Source: Cyanophora paradoxa CCMP329 | Taxonomy: Eukaryota > Plantae > Glaucophyta | Reading direction: 5' to 3' | Assembly: GCA_004431415.1 (NCBI GenBank) | Contig: QPMI01000470.1 | Span: 248,001-312,000, forward strand | Length of the DNA stretch: 64,000 nucleotides | Shown here: piece by piece, positions 1 through 12,800 of the stretch | How the letters are laid out: the number at the start of each line of letters is the position of its first letter | Numbering within the stretch: the first letter of the stretch is position 1 | Notes under the pieces: generated by a model | Told to the model about the DNA's origin: nothing | Databases searched by the model: none | The model's input: the letters and a program-made list of their open reading frames with translations, nothing else | Program-made: the position numbers and the translations under genes

Positions 1-1897
1 GGTACCAGTTGAAGAGGTGCAGGCGCCGGTTCGCGTTCGTATCCGGCCCGAACTGCTTGTTGATGACCACCTGAGGCGGGCGTGAGCGCGGGCGCTCTGG
101 CGCGCGGGGGGAGGCGGTCGGGAATCGCGGCGGGCAGCGGGCGGGCGCACCGGCGTCGGGACCGTGGCGCTAAGGCGCTGGCAGCCCGTGGTGACCCGAT
201 CGCCGCGCACCCCCTCCTGCTCCTCCGTGCCGCACCCGTGCCCCCCCTTCTTCTTCTTCTTCGTCTTCTTCTTCTTCGGCTTGGGCTCCGGCTTCTCTTC
301 GGCCTGCGCGAGCCAGCCCTCGCGCTCGAGCTCCGCCAGCTTGGCTCGCATGACGTCGAGGCTGCCCGTCTCCAGCGCCGCCTTGGCGGCCTCGTCGGCC
401 GCGTCCAGCAGCGCCTGATCCTGCGCGTCCCGCCCCATCAGCATCGCGACCGCCCGGCGGCGGGGACCGCGGGGTGGCGGCCGGGCAGAGGCGGGGGAGG
501 GGAGCGCGGGGGGCGGCGCACCAGCTCGGCGTTGTCGTGCGGCTTCCCCTTGGAAGCAAAGGGCATCGCCACCGAGCCGCAGGCGACGACGGCCGCGACG
601 CGCTTGATTGCGGCGCCCTCCGCGTCCCAGAAGAGGTCGGGCAGGTGGGCGGCGGCCAGCTCGCCGCCGAGGACGAGGCGCGTGAACGTCCCGCGCCCCA
701 TCACCGCGTCGTGCTTCCGCACCTCCCTTCCCGGCAGGCCGGGCGGGAGGGGCTTCAGGCCGTGGCAGAGGGCGCCCTGCGCGCCGGGGGCTCGGCGGGG
801 GCGCGCGTGGGGCGCGCCGGGGGCGTGCGGAGGGGCGGGCGGGCGGACCTGGGCCCGCAGGACCTCTTGGATGAAGCGCGTGTCCACCTCGCCGCCGCCG
901 GGGAGGTTGCAGCTGAGCACGAGCGTCTGCGGGGGCGACACGGCGCGCTTCGCCACCGCGACGGCGTGCAGGGGCCCGTGGGGGTCGTCGAGAAAGGCCC
1001 CCTGCAGGGCGCGCAGGGTCCACTCGGCGACGGGGCGCGGCTCGAGCCTCTTCCCCGACCGCAGCCGCAGCTCGGAGCCGTAGAGCTCGGCCTCGCGCGC
1101 CGGGGGCCCGAGCATCCCCGGAGGTACGATCCCGCGAGGCAGCTGCGGAGGGGGAGGCGCGTTCGGGCCGGGGCGGCAGCGGGCGGGCGAGAGGGGGCGT
1201 CTCGCACGTAGATCGTCTTGCCGGCCCAGCGGTGGGCCCCGAAGGACGGGAGCCCGTAGGTGTACCGCGCCAGGAGCGCGGCCTTGGCGAACGGATCTGC
1301 GGCAGGGCGTCGGGCGGGCAGCGGCGCTGCGAGCGCGGGGCGAGGAGGGGCGGGCGGACTCTTTGTGCGGAGGGGGCACGCCGGGCCCGGGAGCGCGTTG
1401 GACGCGCGCCTCTGCCCGCCGACCGCCAGCCCCGCCGCGCGCTTCTCGTTGCGCTTCCTCAAGGCCTCGGCGCGCCGAGCCGCCGCCGCCGGGTCGGCCG
1501 CGAGCGCCTCTGCCGCGGCGGCGCACAGGGCCGCGTCGTCCGCGCCGTCCGCCGACGCGGCGGCGGCCCCGGGCGGCTCCCGCGGCGGCTCCTGCTGCAG
1601 ACGCTCGCCCCTGCGCGGGCGGACGCGCCGCGGGGCCTCCTCCGCTTCCGCCCGGCCCGGCCGACCGCCGGGGCCGGGGCCTGCGCAGGCGCCGGACCGC
1701 TCCGGTTCCCCGACCAGGGCCGCCTGTGCGTTCTCGCGCCTCCGCTTGTGCGTGGCCTGCGCTGCAATGCCGCGGTGCCTGGCGGCCGCCTTCCTCGCCG
1801 CCTTGGTAGCCTTGGCCAGCTCCGTCAGCGGGATCAACTCCAGCCCCGCGCGCGCAAGCATGCCGCCGCGCGAGCTGCCGGGCCCGCCGTCCGGCAT
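1..1897 (-). CDS. Multi-exon hypothetical protein with a Lys-rich NLS-like tract; 3' end lies outside the window
   Basis: Exons 1897-1208, 1142-849, 776-522, 420-151 and 70-<1 join in phase 0 at GT..CAG introns into one open frame (...HRWAGKTIY|LPRGIVPPG...EVLRAQ|GALCHG...HDNAEL|DQALLDAA...PKPKKKKTKKKKK...|VVINKQFGPDTNANRRLHLFNWY). No family recognised. Confidence 0.6.
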
Positions 1898-2689
1898 GAT
1901 CTTCGGATGCGTGCTTCACCTGCGAAATTAAAGGCGAGGCGTCGGCGCGGGCGGCCGCAGGGCTCGAGCGAGTGGCGGCGAGCTTTCGATATCGGTCGCG
2001 TGGCGCGCGGGCTGCTCCGCGCACCTCTTCTCCGCCGCGCCCAATGCCCTAGACGAGCCAGCGGGCCTTTGCGGTGCGCCAGCAGCCGTCGGGGCTGTTT
2101 CTGCTGCAACAACGAGCTCCGTCGCGGACGCGTAGCTCGCCGATTCGTCGTTGGGTTCTGCTGGTGTCGAATCGAAAGGTGCCCAGGTATCACGCGACTG
2201 TTGCGACGTTGAGCCCCACTTGTCCGCTTAGATCGTCGCCACGGGTTTTCTTCGCGGGTACCCCCTTGGCCGCCCGCTGCCCGCAGTTAACGTTCACGTT
2301 CAGGCTGGAATCCGCTAGAGTATGTATACGCAGAGCTCGGGCGCCGGCCGCCATCCAATGATTTACTCGCGACCGGCTGCCTTTTTTCTCGTTGAATTCG
2401 AAGCCGCGAGTGCCGCTGACGAATGCGCGAGCCAAGCTCAGCCAAAAACTCGTGCGCCCTCGGTTTCATCGCCGCGGGGTGGGTTCAGGAGGCGCGGCCC
2501 TCTCGTGCGTGCATGCGCGCCCCGGACCCCCGCCCACCCCAGTGCTCGGCTCGGCAGAGACGACCGCAGCGGCCTCGGCGGATTCGACAGAAATGTACAA
2601 TGCCCGCCCGACCCGCGGGCGTCGGGCGAGCCGCCGAGCCGGCCCTGGGCCTCGCGGCCCCCTCGCCGCGCGCCGTAGCCGAGCCCGCC

Positions 2690-3589
2690 TCACTCGTCCT
2701 CGCCGCGGATCTTGCGGCGGAGCTGCGATCGCCCGCCCCGCCGGTCAGAAGAGGACGGGGATCGAGCCCGCCGGCGGGGCAGAGGGGGCGGGGGCACCTG
2801 GATATCCTGTGCGCGAAAGCGGCGGGCGCCGTCAGCCTCCGGCGCGTGCGAGGGCGAGCGCGGGGGGAGGGGGGCGTGCCTTGGGTTGGATGGTCGTGCG
2901 GCCGCGGTGGATCGCCATGAGGTTGGCCCCCTCAAAGGTCTGGATGAGGTGCATCTCGGCCGCCTCGCGCAGCGCCTCGATCGCCTCCTTCTGCCAGCGC
3001 AGGTCCTCGCAGGTGAAGCCGGCCTCGCGCCGGCGCTTGAACTCGTCCTGGGCCAGCTCCTTGACCTGCGGCCCGCGCGCCCCCGTCAGCCTCGTCCCCC
3101 CGCCCCGCCCCGCGCGGCCGCCCCGGGCGGACGCACCAGACGATCAAAGCGCGCGTAGGAGATGAGGGGATTAAACGTCTTCTGGTACTTGCGGATCTGA
3201 GGGAGAGCGGGGCCCGGTCAGGAACGAGGGAGGAGAAGGGGACGGGGGCGATGACGGGGGCTCGTTTTGTTTAGAGAGAGGGCGGCGGGGCGGACCTCGC
3301 GGAGGGCGACCGTCCCTGCCCCCGGCCCAACGCGCGCGGCGCTCAGCCGCGGAGCCGGCGGGGCCCGGCGGGGGATCGGGGCGGCGCACCGGGGCGGTAC
3401 CTGCGGGCGCGCTGGGGTGAGGCGGGGAAGGAAGGGCCGGGGGCGCGCTCGCGCTCTCGAGGCGCACCTGTGCGGCCTCTTGACGCCCCCGGCGGCGGGG
3501 GCGCTCTTCCGCGCGGCCTTGGTGGCCAGGCACCTCCTCGGCGCCTTGCCCCCGGTCGACCTCTTTGCCGTCTGCTTCATGCGCGCCAT
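2690..3589 (-). CDS. Histone H3 variant (146 aa, 7 exons); H3-like tail with a CenH3-like histone fold
   Basis: Exons 3589-3468, 3400-3390, 3315-3296, 3196-3137, 3065-2880, 2806-2798 and 2722-2690 give [146 protein letters not shown], colinear with H3 end to end. Confidence 0.93.
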
Positions 3590-3675
3590 GGCCGCCCGTT
3601 ACCCCCTCGCGGGCTCGTCGGGCTCGGCGGCTCGCCGCTGCCGGCGCTGCACCCGACCTCGCCTGCGGGAGCCTG

Positions 3676-3681
3676 TATTTA
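3676..3681 (-). promoter_or_regulatory. TAAATA TATA-like box of the H3 variant
   Basis: AT-rich hexamer in otherwise GC-rich DNA about 90 bp upstream of the ATG. The same hexamer precedes the genes at 55978, 57135, 59499 and 61280. Confidence 0.55.
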
Positions 3682-5643
3682 AGCGTCGGCCGGCGAGGGA
3701 AAAGGAGGGGAGGGGGATTGCGCGAAGCAACTCACCGGGGAGCGGCGGCGGGGAGACGGATTCGGGGGTAGAAAAGAAGGCGCGGGGGTGCCGAGGGCGG
3801 GCCCCCGGGCGGCCCCACCGGGGACGGGGCGGGAGGGGGCGGCGGCGGCCGGAGAACGGCGCGGGGCGCCCCGGCGACCCGACCCCTCGAGTCCTCCGAG
3901 CGATCGCCCCCTCTTGCGAGCGTTGGATCGACAGAGGGCTGCGGGGCGGGTGAGGGAAATCAAACAATCCGCCCTAGCGGCCCGCGGGCGCACCGGCAGA
4001 CGGTGGGACCCCGTCCGATCGATCGGGCTCGTCTTTTCGGTTCGTTTAAAAAAAAGCCCGGGCCGAATTAGTGTCCTAGGGGGGGGGGTACGTGCCACAC
4101 CGGCGCCGTACCTCACCTTTAGCTCGCGACCTCATGGAGCTCTAACCCGACCAAATCGACCCCGGGGAATCGAATGGCGGGGTCGGCGGGGGGCGTAGAG
4201 GGGGTACTGGAGCGCCAGGGAGGGGTCGGGGTTTTGATGGCGGCGCAACCTGGGCAAAGCCCGGTGAATAGCAGCCGATGGGTGCTAGTAAACGATCGGG
4301 CGGGGTTTGGGCTCACTCCGCCGCTCCGGCGACGCGCGAGATGCGTTCGAACGACGCCGGGTCGCTGCCGCGCGGCTCCTGCCGGCCGAAGGGCGCCCCA
4401 GAGGCCATCTGCGCACCCTACGATCGTACTGGGAGCGTTTGCCCGCGCGGGGCGGGCGGGAGCTCGGTGCGTTTGCGGGACGCGCCGTCGGCCACGCGGC
4501 GGCTCGCCGAGCGAGCGCGGACCGATCGGGCGTGTAGCGAGCACCGCAAAGGCCAGCAAACACGTTTCCCGGCCCGCCAGGCGTGCGACGCGACGACCAT
4601 TTGCCGATGTCTGCGGGAGTCCAGCGCAGGCCGAGCCCACGGTCAGCTTTTCATCGATCAAAGAGTGCGAGCTGCGCACCTGTGACGTCCTATGGCGGCG
4701 GGCTGCAGGATCAGGGATGCCGGTCGGTCGCGCGAGGGTACTCTTATTTCACTGGGGTACGCGTATCGCGGGCCAGTTTGCAGCAGCAGCCGTATGTGTG
4801 CAGTTTACATAAACGAGAACATGTGAGACGGGCGGCTGGGCGCCACGTCGCACCTTTCCTCGAGATTCAGGTGCTTCGGATCTCGTTCGATTTCCGCCCC
4901 CGCCGTCGCCAATTGAGCGCTTGACCTTGCGCAGGCGCAGTGCCCGGGCCCGGCGCCGGCGGAGCCCGCGGGAGCCCGAGCGCACGGGTGCACGTGCGGC
5001 CGGCATCGGAGATCAGATTTCTGCGCGCGATCCGCGTCCGTCCCGCGGCGCGTGCCGGGGGAGCTCGATCCGAGGTGCCGTGCCCGAGCTCGAGCGTGGG
5101 CGCCTGCACCTCCAGCCTCAGCTCGCAGCACGCAGCCGCAACGTGCGCGCCGCAGCTCGCACCGGCGTGGGCCGGCGTGCGCGCCAGCACGAGGCGCCAC
5201 CCCCCGATCTCTCCATTCGCGTCGGTTTGGAGGAACAGGCTAGGTGCGCAGCTGCAGGCCGCCGATGCGCACCGGCCGCGTCGTCGAGGCAGAGTAGAGG
5301 GCCGGGCGGGGGCGGGCGTGCGTCGCGTTGCGCCGCTGCGTTAGCTGCCTCGTCCCGTGCACGCCAAAAAACTCTGATGCGGTGTCTGCTTCGCAGGTTT
5401 CCTCCGGTGGGGGGCGGACGGCACGCCAGCAGTATTAGAGGCGCAGCGGACCGAGTCTCTTCTCTCGCGCTCGTTGCTGCTCAGGTACGCGCCGCTGTTA
5501 TTCGATCGTCCGGCGGCGTGCCCCCGCCCCCCTCTAGAACTCCACCCGGGCCCCGACCGCTGCCCCTGTACCGTTTATCGTTATCGATTTATTTTCTTGT
5601 CCTTTGAGCTACGTGTGCATCGTAGCTGCTTTCAATTTACCCC

Positions 5644-5873
5644 GTACCCCAAGCCGCGTTCCGCATTCCAGCGTTCCAGACCTGCCCTCGCCCCCGGCCC
5701 TGCGCCGCTGCACCGAATTGAACTCGATTCCGCCGAGGCCGTGGGTGCGCTCGCCGGGGCGCCGGGATCAGAAGGGGGGCGGAACGCTGGAATGCACGGA
5801 ACGCTCCTTACTCTCTCATACATTTAGAATTGGAATGAAGAGAGGAATGCAAGGGAATGCGGGCCGCGGGTAC
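5644..5873 (+). repeat. Dispersed ~230-bp GGAAT-rich palindromic repeat (MITE-like or hr-like), copy 1
   Basis: Starts GTACCCC..CCGCGTTCCGCATTCC and ends GGAATGCGGGCCGCGGGTAC (imperfect terminal IR). Internal IR GCATTCCAGCGTTCC/GGAACGCTGGAATGC. Five further copies in the window. Confidence 0.85.
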
Positions 5874-5997
5874 AAGATCGCCTCCCCATCTACCTGTCTC
5901 TCTAGCCCCTCTGGTGAGTTCCTTTTTCAGGCGCTAGATTCGATGAGAGGCCCGGGGTCGGTACCCCCTCCTCTCCTCTACCCCGAAGCAACGCCAT

Positions 5998-6224
5998 GTA
6001 CCCCAACCGCGTTCCGCATTCCAGCGTTCCAGACCCTCCTCCCGCCCCCGGCCCCGCGCCATTGCACGCAACCTCAACGCCGCCGGCGCCCATGGGTGTG
6101 CTCGCCGGGCCGCCGGGAGCCAAGGGGGGCGGAACGCTGGAACGCACGGAATTCTCCATACTTTCTAACACATTTAGAATTGGAATGAAGAGAGGAATGC
6201 AAGGGAATGCGGGCTGCGGGGTAC
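5998..6224 (+). repeat. GGAAT-rich palindromic repeat, copy 2 (tandem duplicate of copy 1)
   Basis: Near-identical to 5644-5873, and the similarity continues into the 3' flank (GTACAAGA...CTACCTGTC). Confidence 0.85.
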
Positions 6225-6308
6225 AAGAGCCCCCTACGCTACCTGTCCTATCCCTCTAGCTACAAAGCGAAAACGAAAGTGATCCAACCTACACCTGCTC
6301 TAGAGTCG

Positions 6309-8304
6309 CTAGAGTAAACCCGACCCGGTACGCCTTCCGCCCCCGAGCGGGGCGGCGGCAGTCACGCGGCAACAGCATCCTCGTCCTCGATCTCGAGGCG
6401 ACCGCCCCCCGCGCCGCCCAACAACTCCAACCGCTCGCCGACGGCCGGCTCGAGCCCCTCGCTCCGTTGCCGCTTGAGCGTCGGCGAGCCGTCCCTGTGC
6501 GCCGAGCGGTGGGTTAGCAGGAGGCGCGTCGGAGCGACGGGGAACGTTAACATGGTGCACCGCTTGGTCTGCTCTCCTTCCCCGCCCCGCCCCGCAACCC
6601 CCGCACCCGACCTGCCGGCGCCGCCCGGTGAGCCCCGTGCGCGGCCTCGCTCGTTGGTGGGGCGGGCGAGGCTTTTGCGGGGGCAGGAGCGGAAGCGCAC
6701 CAGAGCGCGCGGAGGTCGGCGTCGGACATCTCGAGCCACCGCTTCGCCCCCGACTGCCGCTTCCTGGCCGACGGCGTGAGGGCCGAGGACGGGGCCCACC
6801 GCCCGGCGGGGCGGGGCGGGCCGGGTGGGGCGCTCACGGGTCCGGCGGGGGCCAGCCGAGGCGGCGGGCGACGGAGACGGCCAGGGCGCAGACGGCGTCG
6901 CGGTCCATTGACGCCAGCGTCGCCGCCGGCGCCTCGCCGGGCAGGTGGCGCAGGGCGTAGCCTCGAAGGTCGTCCGTGTTGCGCTTGAAAAAGGTCCTGG
7001 AGGCAAACGCCCGCTTCCTGCACGCGGGCGGCCGTCGGAAAGGGCGAGAGAGCCGCGCGGCCGCGCGCACGCGGGGGGGAGGAGGGGACGCACGCCAGCT
7101 GGACGTCGACGACCGTCCCCTCGTCGCCCTCGGCGGACCTGCACAAAAACTCCAGGGCGTCGGCGGGCGCCGCGCTGCCGCCCGAAGAGCGCGCGGGGCG
7201 GAGGCGCACATTTCGAGAAAGAGCGCCGGGTTCGGATCGCTGCCCCGCACGCCGTCAGCCAGCGGCCACCGGGCGCGCGCCCGCGCCGCGGGGCCCGGGG
7301 GGCGCGCGCACCAGTGGGAGACGTCGAGTTCGCGCTCCCTGCAGAGGCGCGCGGCGAGGGTGCGGAGGGAGGCGAGGTCGCGCAGCCCCGCCGCCTGCTC
7401 CTCGGCGCCGAGCGAGGCCAGGAGCCTCAGCAGCCGCGAGCAATCCCGAAAGGCGTCGCTCCTGACGGCCGCCGGCCGCGCGCTGCGAGGCGGGCCGGTT
7501 GGGCCGATCGGGCCGGGCGCCGGGCGCTCCTCGGCGGGATGCGGGGCCGCACCTGGGACCGGAGAGGGACGTGGACGGCTCGGCGTCCGCGGGGGGCGGC
7601 GAGGTGGCAGGCGGCCCGATGCCGCCGGCCGGCGGGCGCGGCGTCCACGCGTCGGGCTCGAGGATGTGGCGCACGGCCGCGCGCTCGATCGTCCGGGCCG
7701 TGCGGAAGATCCGGTCCATCGAGAGGCAGCGCTGCAGGAGCGCCGCCTCCGTGAAGACGTGCTTCCTGGAGGCGCACGCGGGGCACCACACGCCCGGCGG
7801 CGCGAGCGCCAGCTCGCCGATGCCGGCGACCAGCGCCGTCCCGCGCGGCATCTCGGCGAGCGCCCGCAGCACGGCCGGCACCAGCAGGGCGCGGCAGGCT
7901 GCGCGGACGCGCGGGCGCCCCGGGCCCGGGCGGCACGCGTCAGCGGCGCCACCGAGAACGAGCGCGCGGCAGGAGATCTAGAGGCGCGGGGTCGGGCGCG
8001 ACGCGGCGCACCGAGGTCAAGGGCCGACTCCAGGACGACGGCACACGCGGCGCGTTGGCGGGCAGCGAGCCCGTCGCCGCGCTCCTGCCGCATCGGAGGT
8101 CGATCACAGCACGCCGGGCAATCGCTCCGACTCGCGGTTGCGCACCGAGCCCGCGCCGACCATAGCTGCGATCCATTGGACGGAGCGGGCGTGCGCCTCG
8201 ATCACCCGGTCGCCGTCCGAGGCTTCCTCGACGGATTCCAGCCCGAGGAGGGCCACGGGGTCGCCCAGCCCCGGGCCCCAGCAGTTGGGCCGGGGGCACA
8301 TCAA
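6309..8304 (-). CDS. Probable multi-exon hypothetical gene (CxxC motif WCPAC); frame interrupted, possibly a pseudogene
   Basis: Protein-like segments in shifting minus-strand frames (GDPVALLGLESVEE..., VLRALAEMPRG...WCPACASRKHVFTEAALLQRC, AFRDCSRLLRLLASL, DLRGYALRHL, KRWLEMSDADLRALW) separated by GC-rich GTGCGC..CAG introns. The exact model is unresolved. Confidence 0.4.
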
Positions 8305-9836
8305 TTACCCTTAAAAAAGCTTTTTTTTGCCACAGTAGGGACACGCATCTTGGCAAGCAGCACCCGCTCGGCCTCCGGACGTGAGCGCCGGCGCGATCAT
8401 CTCCCTAGCCCTCCAGCGTTGCTAAAACGAACCGTGCGCTTCGCTGCGCCAGGTCCTTCGTCGCCAACGCACAGGCATCGCGCCCGCATCGGGCGGGCGT
8501 TGCGCACCCGCGCGGGGGCGGGCCGCACCAACCTCTCCGATTTCGGTCGGTCACAGCGAAAAGCACGTGCGTCGTGCGCCAGCCCCAGGCGCCGGCCCCG
8601 GACCACCACTCGCAAGCTGACGATAGGCGGCGATCGGGGCGGCAGAGTCGAGGCAGCGAGTCGAAGCACCCGTATCGGCTGCAGGACCATCGTGCTCGAC
8701 CGCCTGCCGGTGCGCGGGCCCCGCGCCGCGCTCTTGCCCGACCGGGCGGCCGGCCGCGGCGCCGGCGCGCGGGGGCGTGCTTCCGCGCGCTGCCGGCGGC
8801 GCGGATCCGGATCGGCGATCGTGCCCTTATGAACGCGCTCTCAGGTCTGCGCTGCCGCAGGCAGGCCGCCGCCGGTCCAGCGGGCGCTTTGCCGTCCGAC
8901 GAGCTCGAGGTGCGTGCGGACACGAGCCGCGAGCCTAGAGGGCGCTAGCGCTAGCCGTGGCTGCAGGGCCGGCGCCCGCGGCCACCCTATCTGGCCGCTT
9001 CGTGCACTAACGCAGACCTCGGGAAAGACAGGCCCGGCGGCGCGGATCCTGGGGGGGGGGGTACGCGTGCACACCGCGAATCCAATCCTAGGCTCGACCT
9101 AGCTCAATTGCTGTGCAGCTTCGCTGAGGTGCATACATACATCTATGCAAATACACATATATACATATCACGATTCTTCGTCGAATGAAATTAACCTCGC
9201 ATTATCTGATCTCAGTGGAGCCGCTGATCATGAGCGGAAATTTCGGTCACGGAGTCAGCTCGGCCAACTTTTTCACGATGAAGAAAGCAGATATCGACAT
9301 GTACGCATCTTCAGAGTTAGAGTCGGAGATGGGTGCAACTCGTAATTGGAGAAGAGTCCCACTCGGATCCGTTTGGTGAGTGCATTCGTTTCGATTTCCA
9401 CATTTCAGTTCCATGTCTCTAGCCGTAGCTAGATATAGATCTACCTAGACTAGTACTGTTCACCGGGATATAAGGCCGAACCACACCGTTTTTTTGTCAC
9501 GTGCATGCATTTCCCGGCCTGAATTCGTGCTCTTGTCGATAATTTTTATGATGTTAATGCATTTGACAAAATCCCACGAATCTCACTGCCCCTGATCTAT
9601 TTTTTTCAAAAAGGCGGTCAACATCTGATCTAAATTTGCTCATAGCTCGCGATCGCATATATACGCGTACGCACACGTAAATATATAAAAAAGGTACACG
9701 TTACGTAATAACTGACGGCCGCGTCTTTTTTCACAGGAGCCGCCGTTCCAGCTTCGCAACTTCAGAGCCGGGCTCCATCCCCGCTGATCAAAAGTCGTTC
9801 ACTGAAGAAGTTTCGTCGAATGCACCGCAGTCAAGC

Positions 9837-12800
9837 ATGGACGCGTACGGTGGCGAAGCCAAAGCTCGTCATGATCAGGTCATCGAGCGCATCATCGACC
9901 AGTTCGCACAGGAAGTGGTATACCTCGGAGTGCCCAACGATGCGCCCAGCTCCGCGGTGGACGACGAGCTTCGCAGCATTGTTGGGGCAAAGAGTCGCCT
10001 CTTTCGCTCTCTGGTTCTTCGAATTTTCACGGTTACGATTATCGTGACAAGATCCAACCTCGACAAGGCCCAGGATCCCGACGACGAGGACGCTTTGAAG
10101 GAAGCTCTCGTGTCCTCCATCTCCTCGACAGCTGAGGAAGACTTGAACAAAGCGCTGAGGGGCTGGTGTCGTCAGTGGAAGGAATCCGGATCGGCCTTCG
10201 GCCTCCTTGTCGTTCCGTTGAGCCATTGCATCAAGGTTTTCACAGCTCTTCTGGGACACAAGAATGCCGAGGAGCTCGGATCGACTCTCTCCAAGCGGAA
10301 GGACACACTCTTCCACGCCGTGTACACGTCAGTCGAAGCGCTTCCAAAGTCGCCAGTCCAGCCTACACCCAGCCTCAAAGCCTTCAAGCGGGTGATCGTG
10401 TCTGGTCGCTTGGGAACCAAATACGAGGACGATGCGGTAACGCTGTCGTACCTTTTGAGCATTCTGGGTGCTCTTGATCATGATCAGTAAGCGCCCTTTG
10501 CTTCTTCATGCACAAACAGCTAATATATATAAAGATGTAATATGCTACGATTTTCTGATCTACCCTCTGCCGTATCAGATTCATGAATCAAGGCGCAACT
10601 GGAAGCAAAGATCAAGGCCCATTTTCTCAAGATCAAACAACCGAGACGAAGTTCGCCGGGGCTGAAACGGTACGCGTACCCACGTACAACTGATATACAA
10701 TTGCAATTCTTTGCTTCCCACCGGCAAGGACTGATCGTAACTTTCATCGATCAGGTAACTGCAACGAGTGTCGGTCGACGTCTGCATCACTCGGGCTGGG
10801 ACAGGGTCTCGGGGTCTCTTTTACTCGAGAACCTCGGTTTGACATCATGGCCCGGCAATCTGGAGGCGCTGACGGCTCCTTGTGATGTCCGGGAGCTCAA
10901 ATTGCATCTCAACTATTCCGGCTCCCGCTCGAGCGCAGAAGACCTGTTTCCTTCGGAGCAACTGGTCAAACTGGTCAACTTGGAGAATCTGTCCATCAAA
11001 TGGCACAATCCGCATCTCAACTCTCTCCCCTCCGGACTAACGAAACTCGATGCTTTGCGGGTACTGGATCTAAGCGGAAGCCTTGGTGCGCGGCGATCCA
11101 TATCAAATAATGCCACGTGCAAATCCGCAACCATAGTATTCGATATTTATCTCAGTCTTTTTTGCGCGCAAGCCTTCTTAAGCAGAAGTCACGCCATCGT
11201 TTCTTCATGTTGGTCCTAATTAAACGACCGCGGCCTGCGTGCTCAGATTGCAAGCGAGATTCGAACGAACCATTCGAAGTGATTTGCAACCTCACATACT
11301 TGGAGCAGCTGGACATTCCCGCGTGCAACATTGAAAATGTTCCGCCAAACATCGGGAATCTGGGCCGTCTTCGACGTTTGAACCTCAGCTCTAACAAGAT
11401 CGGTGCGATGTCCTGGCTGAACGCTCCACACACAAATTCAACATTTTGCATTCGACCGCTTCACACTTCGGCACTGACACAGTGCAACAGATGCACAATC
11501 TTTTCCAAGCCAGTTCAGCAAGCTCGTCAATTTGGAGCATCTGTTCATGGACATGAATGACCTTCACAGTGTTCCATCGTCGATACTCTCGCTCTCGAAT
11601 CTAAAAGAGCTATCGCTTTTTAACTGCAACCTAGGTGCGTTCATATCGTTTTTGTTTAATGCGTATTCGAAGGGGGGGGGGTGTGTGTGTGTGGGGGGGG
11701 GACCTTGCAATCGGGTAAATCACAATGAGGGCTGACTCGCTTTCGAATACGGCAGACACAGAATCGTTCCCAACAGATCTAGAACTCGGCAAGCTCGTCA
11801 ATCTGAAGTCGCTGAACCTGGACGGTAACAACTTCAACGCTGTTCCTTCTTCGGTTCTCTCCCTCTCGAACTTGGAGGATCTATCGCTTCGTGATTGCAA
11901 GCTGCGTGCGTGGATTTCGATTGCGTGGCCTCCCCCGTGCCCCGTCGACAGAATGCGCTCTAGATCTGCGTTTATTTTTCTGTTTGATTATATTTTAATG
12001 CTGCTTTCGTGTAATTAGAATCCATCCCAAGTACGATCGGAAACCTTGCAAAGCTCAAGCGCCTGGATATCTCGAGCTCCGTGGGAGCAGGTTCGTCAAG
12101 GAACAGCCTGAGTACGTGCAAAGCCGTCTTGTTCCTCGCAATCGCTTGCTCACGTCGGATTCAGAGTCGGTTCCTAGCGAGATTGGGGATCTCGTCTGCT
12201 TGGAAGAGCTTGGGTTGGCCGACACACAGCTTGCGGGTCTACCCTCTCACATCGGTCAACTCAAGAAACTGCGCCGTCTTTTCCTCCAGCGGAACAAACT
12301 GAGTGCGCGCGCAAATTGAAACAAACATGCAGCCGTTTTTTTTGACACGACTTTGCGTCCTCGAGCAGCCCTGGATTCGATTCCGTCTGAGATCGGCAAG
12401 CTCAGCAATCTTCAGCTGTTGAATCTCTCGGAGAACAGGCTGGGTAGATTGTCAAATCGTCAACTGCTGAGCATTCTCCGCAAAAACCGCTCTCTCATTT
12501 TCGTGATACGCAGGTTTTGTCCCAAGTGCAATCTGGACCCTCGAGAGCCTGGTGGAGCTGTGGTTGGCCAATTCGCAGATCACGTCCGTTCCCCCACTCG
12601 TCGGGCATCTCAAGAACCTGCGCCGTCTCGTGCTTTCGAGGAACAAACTTGGTTAGTTGAAACATGGGGATAAGCTCCCAGCTGCAGCCATCCGTTTGTG
12701 TGTCTAACTCACTGCACCCTCTGCGTCGACCAGACCGGCTTCCCGGCGAAGTAGGACAGCTTGCGAACTTGGAGTCGCTCAATCTGAACAACACGGGGCT

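Noticed and set aside
4300-5400. Possible gene or structured RNA in the GC-rich stretch upstream of H3
   Set aside because: No consistent reading frame, splice pattern or tRNA/rRNA signature. No RNA genes were recognised anywhere in the window.
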